Assembly: GCA_964016885.1 (NCBI GenBank)
Contig: CAXHJY010001737.1
Span: 112,046-176,045 of the forward strand
DNA from: Eledone cirrhosa
Lineage: Eukaryota
Direction of reading: 5' to 3'
DNA: 64,000 nt
Shown one piece after another: positions 42,605-55,657 of the stretch. Position numbers and translations under genes: made by a program. Each line of letters starts with the position of its first letter. Position 1 is the first letter of the stretch. The notes below the pieces were generated by a model. It did not search any database. It saw only the letters and a list, made by a program, of their open reading frames with translations, and was not told the origin of the DNA.

Positions 42605-43520
42605 CAAACAATTATGATAGAAGATTTTTAGATAAATATAGACACTTTAAAATAAACTTGCTTGGTGCCATAGAACCAGGGTTGTTTGGAACATAACTTA
42701 ACAAAGGTTCTTACATAAAATTATGTGGAAGGTTTTGTGATGAATGCATTTAAAAATAAACAGTTTTGTATCATAGAACCAGGGGCGTTTGGAACGTAAC
42801 TTGAGGGTTCTTGCATAAAATTATGATGGAAGGTTTTTAGATAAATATAGACACTTTAAAATAAACAGTTTTGTATCATAGAACCAGGGGCGTTTGGAAC
42901 GTAACTTGAAGGTTCTTGCATAAAATTATGATGGAAGGTTTTTAGATAAATATAGACACTTTAAAATAAACAATTTTGTATCAGAGACCCAGGTGTGGTT
43001 GGAACATAACAAAGGTTCCTGCGTGAAATTATGGTAGAAGGTTTTAAAATAAATATAAACACTTTGAAAGCAAGAGTTTGGTACCATAGAACCAGGGGTG
43101 TTTGGAACATAACTTAACAAAAGTTCTTACATAAAATTATGATAGAAGTGTTTTAGATAAATATAAAAACTTTAAAAGAAACAGCTTGGTACCATAGAAC
43201 CACGGGTCTTTGGATTATAACTTAACAAAGGTTCTTACATAAAATTATGATGTAAAGGTTTTAGATAAATACACTTTAAAATAAACAGTTTTGTATCATA
43301 GAACCAGGGACCTTTGGAATATAACTTAACAATGGTTCTTGCGTAAAATTATGATAGGAGGTTTTTATATAAATATAGACACTTTAAAATACAGTTTTAT
43401 ATCCCAGAACCAGGGATGTTTGGAACATAACTTAAAGTTCTTACATAAAATTATGATGGAAGTGTTTAGGATGAATACAAACATTTTAAAAGAAACAGCT
43501 TGGTACCATAGAACCAGGGG
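42605..43520. repeat. Minisatellite, ~105-bp unit x ~9, diverged
   Basis: The tagaaccaggg anchor recurs at 42671, 42774, 42879, ~42984, 43088, 43195, 43299, ~43406 and 43509. Confidence 0.9.
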
Positions 43521-44012
43521 TGGTCTCAGGTGGTTTGGTATGAAAAAGGTTGACAGAAACTGTCAAAAACCCATTAATTATCCCCTCTTACATTACTTTT
43601 CTCCTACACATCATTTACTCGTCTATTATCTGACCTTTCAACACGTGACAAACCAGTAATTATAGGGGGGGTGTTCTATATATACACATATAACCTTAGC
43701 AATGTCATCTCACTTCACAGGTCAGTAAAACATGTAAATTCTCCCCGACACAATCAGCAAGTAAAATGGCGGTCTTTTCTGTTGAGTCATCGACAATGGG
43801 GAAAGTTGCATGATGGGATAGGTTAAACTGCGTCGTTGTATTTGTTGCGTGTAACTCAATCAGGTGGAGATGGAGGTTATGTCCGTAATTACTGTGCTTG
43901 ATAAATGTATGTATGTGCATGTGTCAATATTCGTGTATGTGTGTGAAAAAAAAAATATATACACACCTATATATAGAGAGGTAGATATATATATACAGAC
44001 ACACATACACAC

Positions 44013-44067
<55 letters not shown>

Positions 44068-44201
44068 CATATATAGTTAATAAATGAAACTAAACAAACA
44101 CAGGATGCAAAATTACACAGCTATATTAGTTTCACGCTTACATACATGAGTGTGTGTATATATACATAAGTATATATATATATATGTGTATATGTGTGTG
44201 T

Positions 44202-44232
<31 letters not shown>

Positions 44233-44282
44233 AGTGCGTAATTCTATCTACAGATATATATTTATACAACATATATTGAGAT

Positions 44283-44472
44283 TGGCGTAATCGTTAGAGC
44301 GCCAGCCAAAATGTTTTGTTATGTTTATTCCAGATCTTCTTAGTCCAAATCCTCGTGAGGTCAACTTTACCTTTCATCCTTACGCTATCATCAATATAAA
44401 GCACCAGTAATAAACTGATGGTTGATTTAATCGACTTTCCCCTCCTCCCTTCAAATTTCTGGCCTTGTGCCG
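44283..44472 (+). mobile_element. Degenerate tRNA-derived SINE
   Basis: tggcgtaatcgttag...gtcaactttacctttcatcct...ctggccttgtg; homologous to 9843-10006. Confidence 0.65.
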
Positions 44473-44874
44473 TCACTGACTACGCAACCACCAGGTTTTG
44501 AATGCGCGTGTGTATGTATAAATATATATATATATTATAAAACATGTCTATAGAATCACTAGATAAAATATATACCGTTCCCTCTCCCAATTAGCATAAT
44601 TAACCATATAAAAAATCAATTAGACCAAGCTATAAGAATAAAGGCTCCTATGAAGAAATCTCCGACAAATAACCGAAAGCAGCCCCTTCGCGGTGGTTAC
44701 GACGGAATATTTATCGAACATTTCGACAGCATGTATGAATCGACCAGATATACAGTCAACTAAACACAATTAGGTGTAAAATGAACTTAGAAGAAATGTG
44801 TACATATTTAATTATCTCTACCATGGTTTCGTCCGTATTTTAAGACATCCGATAACAGGGGACATCCAGAGCTT

Positions 44875-44958
<84 letters not shown>

Positions 44959-45070
44959 TAGAATATTCGAAAATATTCTGTATGTTTATAATAAACATTT
45001 TGAAGACCTAATCGCTATAGAATAGAATACGTCACGTATTACAATTAGATTCTCGATAAAAGCAAGGGAA

Positions 45071-45113
45071 GTAATCTACGCGTTTCATTCTTGTTAGAAT
45101 TCATCAGGACTAC
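45071..45113 (-). ncRNA. Minimal type I hammerhead ribozyme (family B, 1 of 5)
   Basis: Minus strand GTAGTC-CTGATGA-ATTCT-aaca-AGAAT-GAAAC-GC-GTA-GATTAC, with palindromic stem III ACGCGT. Confidence 0.92.
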
Positions 45114-45380
45114 ATATCCAGTGCTTTTATCGAGAATGACACAGCTAGAGACTTATAGAATACTTAGCTGTGTACTGGAACTGGTTTGAAAGAGCGGTTG
45201 CCGGTCCGGCAGAAATTAGAAATTGGAATAAATGCTCTGAAATAGCGATATATATGTGAGTATAGACATAGAATATTCGAAAATATTCTGTATGTTTATA
45301 ATAAACATTTTGAAGACCTAATCGCTATAGAATAGAATACGTCACGTATTACAATTAGATTCTCGATAAAAGCAAGGGAA

Positions 45381-45423
45381 GTAATCTACGCGTTTCATTC
45401 TTGTTAGAATTCATCAGGACTAC
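45381..45423 (-). ncRNA. Minimal type I hammerhead ribozyme (family B, 2 of 5)
   Basis: Identical to 45071-45113, offset +310. Confidence 0.92.
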
Positions 45424-45690
45424 ATATCCAGTGCTTTTATCGAGAATGACACAGCTAGAGACTTATAGAATACTTAGCTGTGTACTGGAACTGGTTTGAA
45501 AGAGCGGTTGCCGGTCCGGCAGAAATTAGAAATTGGAATAAATGCTCTGAAATAGCGATATATATGTGAGTATAGACATAGAATATTCGAAAATATTCTG
45601 TATGTTTATAATAAACATTTTGAAGACCTAATCGCTATAGAATAGAATACGTCACGTATTACAATTAGATTCTCGATAAAAGCAAGGGAA

Positions 45691-45733
45691 GTAATCTACG
45701 CGTTTCATTCTTGTTAGAATTCATCAGGACTAC
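45691..45733 (-). ncRNA. Minimal type I hammerhead ribozyme (family B, 3 of 5)
   Basis: Identical, offset +620. Confidence 0.92.
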
Positions 45734-46000
45734 ATATCCAGTGCTTTTATCGAGAATGACACAGCTAGAGACTTATAGAATACTTAGCTGTGTACTGGAA
45801 CTGGTTTGAAAGAGCGGTTGCCGGTCCGGCAGAAATTAGAAATTGGAATAAATGCTCTGAAATAGCGATATATATGTGAGTATAGACATAGAATATTCGA
45901 AAATATTCTGTATGTTTATAATAAACATTTTGAAGACCTAATCGCTATAGAATAGAATACGTCACGTATTACAATTAGATTCTCGATAAAAGCAAGGGAA

Positions 46001-46043
46001 GTAATCTACGCGTTTCATTCTTGTTAGAATTCATCAGGACTAC
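46001..46043 (-). ncRNA. Minimal type I hammerhead ribozyme (family B, 4 of 5)
   Basis: Identical, offset +930. Confidence 0.92.
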
Positions 46044-46310
46044 ATATCCAGTGCTTTTATCGAGAATGACACAGCTAGAGACTTATAGAATACTTAGCTG
46101 TGTACTGGAACTGGTTTGAAAGAGCGGTTGCCGGTCCGGCAGAAATTAGAAATTGGAATAAATGCTCTGAAATAGCGATATATATGTGAGTATAGACATA
46201 GAATATTCGAAAATATTCTGTATGTTTATAATAAACATTTTGAAGACCTAATCGCTATAGAATAGAATACGTCACGTATTACAATTAGATTCTCGATAAA
46301 AGCAAGGGAA

Positions 46311-46353
46311 GTAATCTACGCGTTTCATTCTTGTTAGAATTCATCAGGACTAC
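46311..46353 (-). ncRNA. Minimal type I hammerhead ribozyme (family B, 5 of 5)
   Basis: Identical, offset +1240. Confidence 0.92.
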
Positions 46354-46390
46354 ATATCCAGTGCTTATATATATATATATATATATATAT

Positions 46391-46578
46391 AACGGAGGAA
46401 ATGTGGTAAGGAACCAGGTGGACCATAACGTACTCAATACTTAGGGTAGTAGAGTGGGTAATAGGAACGAGTAAGACCCCGACGGCTGAGCTCAAGCCGT
46501 TTCGGCGGCTAATTCTTGGTCCAGAATTAGCCGTCGAAACGGCTTGAGCTCAGCCGTCGGGGTCTTACTCCTTCCTAT
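46391..46578 (-). mobile_element. Palindromic half-hammerhead element, family D
   Basis: Homologous to 13271-13478; axis at ~46519. Confidence 0.75.
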
Positions 46579-46606
46579 ATATATATATATGTGTTTGTGA
46601 CTGTGA

Positions 46607-46737
46607 GTCCCAGGTTCAATCGCGGCTAACGACAGTTAGTAATATATTCAATACATTAGTAGCGAGTAAACAAGTTTAATATAGAACAGGCTGAAACATT
46701 CCAAGTCTTGTAGAAGCCATTTCTATATTAAACTTGA
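46607..46737 (-). mobile_element. Degenerate family C element
   Basis: tcccaggttcaatcg...tcaatacattagtag...gtagaagccatttctatattaaac. Confidence 0.55.
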
Positions 46738-46862
46738 CGCATACCAACCAGAAATTTTGTAATAAATAGAAGTGAAAACCAACAGGTACGTGTGGTGGTC
46801 TTTGGGAGGGTCATGCTGCCAATAAGAACACACGCACCTGTCATGTCTTTTATCTATAACAT

Positions 46863-46932
46863 CTCTATCTGACGACCGATCCAGACGTATATATTATTAT
46901 CGTCTGTGATCCAGAAACCTTTGGTAATGGAG
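46863..46932 (+). ncRNA. Type I hammerhead ribozyme (family E)
   Basis: CTCTAT-CTGACGA-ccgatc-CAGACG..CGTCTG-tgatcca-GAAAC-C-ttt-G-GTA-ATGGAG. Two mismatches at the stem II base. Confidence 0.7.
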
Positions 46933-46992
46933 TAGTTATATTTTGTGTTGTTCATTTTCTAATTATGTATATATATATATATATATATATAT

Positions 46993-47186
46993 AACGAAGG
47001 AAATGTGGTAAGGAACCAGGTGGACCATAACGCACCAAAGTACTCAATACTTAGGGTAGTAGAGTGGGTAATAGGAACGAGTAGGACCCCGACGGCTGAG
47101 CTCAAGCCGTTTCGACGGCTAATTCTGGGAATTCCAGAATTAGCCGTCGAAACGGCTTGAGCTCAGCCGTCGGGGTCCTACTCGTT

Positions 47187-47190
<4 letters not shown>
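46993..47190 (-). mobile_element. Palindromic half-hammerhead element, family D
   Basis: Near-perfect ~120-bp palindrome 47071-47190; axis at ~47130. Confidence 0.78.
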
Positions 47191-47261
<71 letters not shown>

Positions 47262-47393
47262 ATGTGTGTGTGTATGTAAAAGGTAAATAGAAATAACAAC
47301 ACAATCGGTAGAGTATATGGAAAGAATATATATATAGTTTTCTAGTTAGCTTGAAGCATTGTTGAATAGGAAACACAAATTTAAATTCTGAAA

Positions 47394-47452
<59 letters not shown>

Positions 47453-47714
47453 TATATATATATAAGCAAGTATTGCACCAAGAAAAATAAAACGTCGGCG
47501 TGAAGAGATTATGGATTTATTTGCTTTGGGATATGTTTCTGTGTCTACTACAATCGTCTACATATGCTGACTACAATATATATTGTTCAATCATATGCAA
47601 TACTTAATTATTTATTACACTTTTTCAGAAAGCCTATAGTAGTGGAATTCAACTATTCACTACGAGGTAGAGTTCAATAATTGCCGTATATATATATATA
47701 TATATATGGCAATT

Positions 47715-47885
47715 TGTTTTGCAAGATTTTTTATATGAAATCGTATGTTGAAACAAATGTTTTTATATTTGGGGAGGGTCATGTTGTTATATTGCCAGAA
47801 ATATATAGTAAAACAGTGAGAGTGTTTTACCATATATTTCTGGCAATATTATAACAATATGACCCTACCCAAATCTAACAATATA
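47715..47885. mobile_element. Short palindrome made of the terminal sequence of the PLE family at 56165-57143
   Basis: tttggggagggtcat...tattgccagaa / ttctggcaatatt...atgaccctacccaaa matches ~56205-56262 and ~57090-57143. Confidence 0.65.
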
Positions 47886-48095
47886 TATATATCCCGAGTC
47901 CTGTATTTTCGTTGCTCTGGTGATGCGGCTGGACTACCGATCGCTATATTTGATTTGCTAAGCTGTCTAAACGTATTGTTATTACTCTGGGGTACTTTTC
48001 CCCATCCGAGTGCTAAAGCTACATACCGAATTTGCATTCGTTAGCTTGGCCGCGAACTAAAGCTTCGTTAATGCTGTACTAAAATTTATATATAT

Positions 48096-48207
<112 letters not shown>

Positions 48208-48227
48208 GAGAAAGAGAGAGAAGAGAA

Positions 48228-48536
48228 GTAAGGTTCTATACAAAACAGTGGATATAGAGAAAAGGTGAAGTTGGAAATAACACGGAAAATATATTTTAGG
48301 GTTTGATTTTCTTTTTTCCCCTTTCTTTGATTTGTCAAAGTGACATTATAAAGTATATATACTTTAAACATTACAAGATTTTTTTAAAAAAGAATTGTCC
48401 ATCGCATTTTTCAATAATGTCACTTTGACGAATCAAAGAAAGGAAAAAAAAAAGAAAAACAGACCCTAAAATATATTTTCCGTGCTATTTCCAACTTCAC
48501 CTTTTCTCTATATCCACTGTTTTGTATAGAACCTTA
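48228..48536. repeat. Fold-back element with ~120-bp inverted arms (MITE-like or PLE-terminal palindrome)
   Basis: taaggttctatacaaaacagtgg...gtgacatt / aatgtcac...gtatagaacctta. Confidence 0.75.
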
Positions 48537-48541
48537 TTCCC

Positions 48542-48582
<41 letters not shown>

Positions 48583-48587
<5 letters not shown>

Positions 48588-48903
48588 TCTGAACATTAAT
48601 CAGTATACACTGAGGATGAAAAACTCAGAGCTGTATGGGAGCCCCCCAAAAGTCAGCTCAAAAGTGACACAGAGGAGACTGAGGTTAGCTGGACATGCTC
48701 ACCGACATCCAGAGTTGACATTGCACTCAGTGCTCCTGTGGGAGCCCCTACATGGACACACTGGAAGAGGAAGACCAAGGTTAACGTATGTTGATGCCCT
48801 AAGGTCAGACACTGGTCTGTTGGAGACGCAGGACATGGCAGCGATAATGAGGGACAGAGACCGCTGGAGAGAACTCGTCCATGGATCTCGGGAATTTTAC
48901 CCG

Positions 48904-48907
<4 letters not shown>
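48583..48907 (+). pseudogene. RTE-clade LINE 3' fragment in (TA)n
   Basis: RRLRLAGHAHRH...LLWEP..G...RGRPRLTYVD...DRDRWR is a typical RTE C-terminus. Confidence 0.8.
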
Positions 48908-48972
<65 letters not shown>

Positions 48973-49225
48973 TTATATATATAAACACATGCACCGCCAA
49001 CACTAGAGACAGAGATCTTGTTTTCAGTGAAAGCAAACCAGTTACAAACCTAAATATTATCCTGCCTACGTCTAAGTATCCACTTGACCTTTTAACTTAA
49101 ATTGTTGCTGACCTTTCGGTTTATTTATTTATTTAGTTTGGCCTTCCACACATTTAAAATACCGAGAAAGAAAATTGTTGGTTGTAGAATTAAATAGCAA
49201 CTAACTCGCACGCCCCTCTGAAATG

Positions 49226-49356
<131 letters not shown>

Positions 49357-49400
49357 ATACACAAAGACATACACACGCACAAACAAACACACACATACAA

Positions 49401-49431
<31 letters not shown>

Positions 49432-49799
49432 CATACGCATACACATACATACATATACATACACACACACACAAACACACATACATACACAAAAGCACAC
49501 ACAGACTCACACAAGCACAAACAGACAAAGAAACACACACACCAAACAAAGAAACAAACAAATGGAGGTGTTGGCAGGACGTGGCGGTGTGTTGGAGGTG
49601 ACAACGTTGGAACTGGTGATGTGCTTGACGTGGCGGCGTATTTGACGTGGCGGCGTGTTGAAAGTGGTGATGTGTTGGTAGTGGCGGCGTGTTGAATGCA
49701 TCGGCCTGTTGGAAGTAGCAGCGGGTTGGACGTGAACTTCGTTTGTCATTCGTGGGGATCCAGTCGGATTATTTGGAGACGATTGCTCCTGACAGGGAT

Positions 49800-50370
49800 C
49801 CCCAAAAGGATGTCTGTAGATTTTGTTGCTTCCATGACCCTTTGGAAGGTTGTCTGAGGACTTTGCTGCCTCCATGACCCTGTAGAAGGATTGGCTAGGA
49901 CTTTGCTGCCTCCACGACCCCCAGAAAGAATGTCTGGAGACTTTGCTGCTTCCACGACCCTCAGGAAAGATGTCCGAGGACTTTGCTGCTTCCACGACCC
50001 CCAGAAAGATGTCTGAAGACTTTGCTGCCTTCATGACCCTCAGGAAGGATATCTGGAGACTTTGCTGCCTCCACGACCCCAAAGAATGATATCTGTAGAC
50101 TTAGTTGCTTCCATGACCCCCAGGAAGGAAGGTTTGAGGACTTTTCTATTTCCATGACCCCCAGGAGGGATGTCTGAAGACTGATGCTTCCATGACCCTC
50201 AGAAGGGATGTCTGAAGACTTTGTTGCTTCCATGTCACCGCAGGAGGAATGTTTGAAGACTCTGCTGTTCCACGACCCCCAGGAAGGATTTCTGGAGACC
50301 TTACTGCATCCATGACCTTCTGGAAGGAATGTTTGAGGACTTTGCTACCTCCACAACCCTCTCAGGAATA
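49800..50370. repeat. Minisatellite, ~40-bp unit x ~14
   Basis: The ctttgctgc anchor recurs at 49861, 49901, 49941, 49981, 50020 and 50060. Confidence 0.9.
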
Positions 50371-50567
50371 CGTAGAAAAAAAAGACGAATCTGTAGGGAC
50401 AGTTTATGTCAAATTACCTCTGAGGATAGACATAGGCGCGTGTAAATATATGACGAACATCCTCACTGTATTGGATAACTACGAACATATTTTGCATGTA
50501 TTCCAAGATGTTCTTAATCTGTTCTGATGTAAGAAAGGAAATTCTCGATGTATTTCTTAAACGATGG

Positions 50568-50638
50568 ATAGTAGTAGTAGTAGTAGTAGTAGTAGAGTAG
50601 AAGTACTACTAGTAGTAGTAGTAGCAGTGATAGTAGCT

Positions 50639-50684
<46 letters not shown>

Positions 50685-50758
50685 ACGTAGTAGTAGTAGT
50701 AGTTGTAGTAGTAGTTGAGTAGAAGTACTAGTAGTAGCAGTAGTAGTGATAGTAGCTA

Positions 50759-50805
<47 letters not shown>

Positions 50806-50827
50806 ACAGTAGTAGTGATAGTAGCTA

Positions 50828-50860
<33 letters not shown>

Positions 50861-51087
50861 CTGTAGTAGTAGTAGTAGCTGTAGTAGTAGTAGTAGCTGT
50901 AGTAGTAGTAGTAGTAATAGTAACAATATCAATAATATAAATTTCTTAATAGGTAGTGTGTACGAGTTTAGGTGCATGTGTGTGAGAGTGAGAGAGAGAA
51001 ATGTGTGTATGTGTGTGTGTGTGCAACTGAAAGAGAGAGAGAAAGGAAGAGAGCTGTGTGTGTGTGTCTGAAACTGTGTGTTTATGT

Positions 51088-51131
<44 letters not shown>

Positions 51132-51328
51132 ATGTGTGTGTGTGAAACTGGGTGTGTGTGTGAGAGAGGGAGATGGAGAGAAGTGTGTGTGTGAGAGAGA
51201 GAGAGATGGAGAGATGTGTGTGTGTGAGAGAGAGAGATGGAGAGATGTGTGTGTGTGAGAGAGAGAGAGAGAGATGGAGAGATGTGTGTGTGTGTGAGAG
51301 AGAGAGATGGAGAGGTGTGTGTGTGAAA

Positions 51329-51360
<32 letters not shown>

Positions 51361-51393
51361 TGGAGAGATGTGTGAGTGTGAGAGATGGAGAGA

Positions 51394-51489
<96 letters not shown>

Positions 51490-51559
51490 ATGTGTGTGTG
51501 TGTGAGAGCGAGTGAGGAAGAGAGAGAGAGAGAGAGAGGGAGGGAGAGAGAGAGAGAGA

Positions 51560-51607
<48 letters not shown>

Positions 51608-51610
51608 CTG
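50568..51610. repeat. (TAG)n followed by compound (GT)n/(GA)n tracts
   Basis: Read directly from the sequence. Confidence 0.95.
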
Positions 51611-51728
51611 GAAAGAAGAGTGTGTTTGTGAGTTACAGAAGCTATGTATATTGTATATAGGTGCCAGCTGGCTTATGTTAGCTCAGTAACTTTGTGTATA
51701 TAGATTTATGTATGTATATTTATGTATG

Positions 51729-51803
<75 letters not shown>

Positions 51804-51983
51804 CATTATAAATATATATATATATAAAACATTATAAATATATATATATATAACATTATATATATATATATATATAACATTATATATATATATATATAAC
51901 ATTATAGTAGAAACAATTATATATATATATATATAACATTATATAAGATAAAAACACGTGAGTGCATTAGAGTCAAACACACA

Positions 51984-52025
<42 letters not shown>

Positions 52026-52074
52026 GTGTGTGTATATATAAGTGTTTGTGTGTATATATATACGTGTGTGTGTA

Positions 52075-52109
<35 letters not shown>

Positions 52110-52170
52110 TGTATGTATATATGTATGTGCAATATGTAAATATATGTATGTATGTATATATATATATATG

Positions 52171-52241
<71 letters not shown>

Positions 52242-52251
52242 CACTCATATA

Positions 52252-52295
<44 letters not shown>

Positions 52296-52644
52296 ACATA
52301 GATTTGTGTGTGTGTTAATCGACTACTTCCGATTACGTAAGCTGTTATTTCACCTATTTATATTCATACACATATATATATATATCACCTTATATAGTTA
52401 TATGTACATACATACACACACACACACATAATGGCATACATATATATACATACATACACACACATAATACATACATATATTCAAACAAGCACCTATACAT
52501 ATACACACTCAAAAACTCAACACTCTTATTAGTACAAAGAAAAAACTTTCTCTCTCTCTCTCTATATATATACATACATACATATACATATATATATTTA
52601 TATATGTTAAAATAATATATATATATAAATATATGTTATTTAAC

Positions 52645-52700
<56 letters not shown>

Positions 52701-52779
52701 TATATATATATATATATATGCATATATATATATATTTATACATTTATATTGAGAGAAAGAAATAAGTATATATATGTGC

Positions 52780-52821
<42 letters not shown>

Positions 52822-52989
52822 CCTTCCTCCCAACCCATCTGCACCACAATGTGAGAGATCATTCGATAAGTGCAGAGATATCAACATAACCCTTTATCCT
52901 CCAGGGGCTGATATCGTATCGACAATAGATTTTTTTTTCCTTTCGAAATTGAACCTTGTGCTCTTATCTGTTAATCCTACTACTACTAC

Positions 52990-52991
52990 TA

Positions 52992-53051
<60 letters not shown>

Positions 53052-53431
53052 ATACACACTCATACACGCACACACACACACACACACTCACACACATATA
53101 TATACTGGCAGGGGAATCTCTCTCACACACACTAAGCGTACATGCACACACACATACACGCACTGGTAAAGCATTTCTCTCTCTCACACACACACTTACA
53201 CACACACTGGTGGAGTTCTCTCCTTCACACTCACACACTTACACGTACATGCACACACACACACACACACACAACACACAGAGGCAGAGGTTCTCTCACA
53301 CACACACACACTGACTGAGGCTCTCTCACACACAGTTACACCTACATGCACATATACACAGAGAGGCTCTCTCTCCTCACACACACATAGATGAACACAC
53401 ACACACACCACACACACTAACATAGGCTCTT

Positions 53432-53462
<31 letters not shown>

Positions 53463-53585
53463 GCATACATTTAGACATACATGCACATACACACTAATTC
53501 TCCCACACACACGTACATATACACTGGTAGAGGTTCTCTCTCTCACACACATAAATCCACATGCACATACACACTGACAGAGGCT

Positions 53586-53634
<49 letters not shown>

Positions 53635-53645
53635 TCATATATAGG

Positions 53646-53683
<38 letters not shown>

Positions 53684-54200
53684 TCCACCTACACACACAC
53701 GCACATAGGCTCTCTATCTCTCACACACACATCCACGTACTCACATTCACGTACACACACACAGATATAGTCTCTCTCTCTCTCTCTCCAACGTACAGCT
53801 ACACATACACTAAGAGAGGCTCACACTCTCTCACACTTACACGCACACATGACACACACACATGCTCTGACTCCCACACACACTTACAGGTACACGCACA
53901 CATATATGCTCTATCACACATACGCACAATAACGCACACGTACACACACAAAGGTTCTATCTCACACATACAGCGGCTCACATTATCACATACACACACA
54001 CACATACTCCCACACAGAAGCTCTATCACGCGCACACACATACCCATGGGCACACACACACAGGTACACACACACACGAATACATACACACACATGCTCA
54101 CACTAATACACACACACACGCATGCTCACACTAACATACACGCACACATACACTTCTTACTAATTCATACATACAAGTCTCACTAACCACAACACAGACG

Positions 54201-54232
<32 letters not shown>

Positions 54233-54560
54233 ACTCACAATAACACATACACACACACACAACTCACAAAAACACATACACACGCAGACACACACTATTA
54301 TATACACACTAACAAACACACAGCTCTCACTAATACACACGCACAATTCTGACTAACACACACACACATACACTAATACACACACACACCTGTTCACACT
54401 AACACGTACACCCATTATATATATATATACACGCCATTATACATACAGTATACATACATTATACATACACGCAACTCTCACAAGTACACACACACACAGA
54501 CACACTAACACAGACACACTAACACAGACACACCTGTTCACTACAACCACACATATATCT
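52990..54560. repeat. Degenerate (CA)n/(CT)n tract
   Basis: Read directly from the sequence. Confidence 0.9.
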
Positions 54561-54898
54561 ATATATATACATATAAACCTCACTATTGCTACAGTTCTTA
54601 AAACGTTAATTCCGACATTTTTTTTTCTTTCTACTCCACTATAAATATAACCACCATTTTAATTCTACCATTCTTCCGCCATTTTCCCATTTCTTCTTCT
54701 TCTTCTTCTTCTTCTTCTTCTTCTTCTTCTTCTTCTTCTTCTTCTTCTTCTTCTCCTCCTCCTCCTCCACCCCCTCTATATTATTATATATATTATACAT
54801 TAGACATTTCTTTCTACACTAAGAAATACATGATTAGTTTTTCTTTCATTTATTTTGCCAACTTAACCAAAATCTTGTTTTACAATTTCTCTACCCCT

Positions 54899-55017
<119 letters not shown>

Positions 55018-55080
55018 GGGGGAGGAGAGATAGAGAGAAATATATATATATATATATAGAGAGAGAGATATAATGTTAAC

Positions 55081-55410
55081 TATAGAAATGGCTTCTACAA
55101 GACTAGAACTGTTTCATTCAAAAGAAATTACCAGGAACTGATGATTTCATGCAAATGAGTTAATTCTAGTCTTGTAGAAGCCATTTCTATATTAAACATG
55201 AGTAATGTATTGAGTACCTTACTTACTGTGGTTACCCCCGATAGAACCCGACACTCATATGTACACACACAGACACATATATGTACATCCCGAGTTAAAT
55301 CAGGCGGGGTGTAGGTAACCACAGTAAGTAGGGTACTCAATACATTAGTAGAGTGTAAACATCAATATTTAAAATAGAAATAGCTTCTACAGGACTAGAA
55401 CTGTTTCATA
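55081..55410. mobile_element. Two family C pieces (palindrome plus tail, then an inverted partial copy)
   Basis: Palindrome ~55081-55192 retaining CTGATGA at 55138. The tail gtattgagtaccttacttactgtggttacc has an inverse at ~55315-55410. Confidence 0.65.
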
Positions 55411-55446
55411 TGTTAAGGCAATTGATGGTCTTATATATATATATGT

Positions 55447-55643
55447 AGGAAAATGTATGACCCTGACGGCAGAGCTCAAGCCGTTTCGACGGCTATTTCT
55501 GGAGTTCAGAAATAGCCGTCAGAACGGCTTGAAGCGCTGTCGTCGGGGGTCATACATTTTCCTATTACCCACTCTACTACCCTAAGTATTGAGTACTCTG
55601 GTGCGTCATGGTCCATCTGGTTCCTTACCACACTTCCTTCGTT
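55447..55643 (+). mobile_element. Diverged family D palindromic element
   Basis: gagctcaagccgtttcgacggctatttctgg/cagaaatagccgtc...attacccactctactaccctaagtattgagtac. Confidence 0.7.
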
Positions 55644-55657
55644 TTATATATATATAT

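Larger units (their letters stand above)
44951..46366 (-). mobile_element. Retrozyme-like tandem array, family B: 310-bp monomer x ~4.6 with five hammerheads
   Basis: Monomer starts at 44951, 45261, 45571, 45881 and 46191 and look identical by eye. Flanked on both sides by (TA)n. Confidence 0.93.

Noticed and set aside
42605-43520. CRISPR-like or retrozyme-like regular repeat
   Set aside because: The whole unit is repeated with no unique spacers, no hammerhead core was seen, and the context is eukaryotic.
49507-50527. Repetitive ORFs (MEAAKSSD...) suggesting a repeat protein
   Set aside because: The unit is ~40 bp, not a multiple of 3, so the peptide moves between frames; this is a minisatellite.
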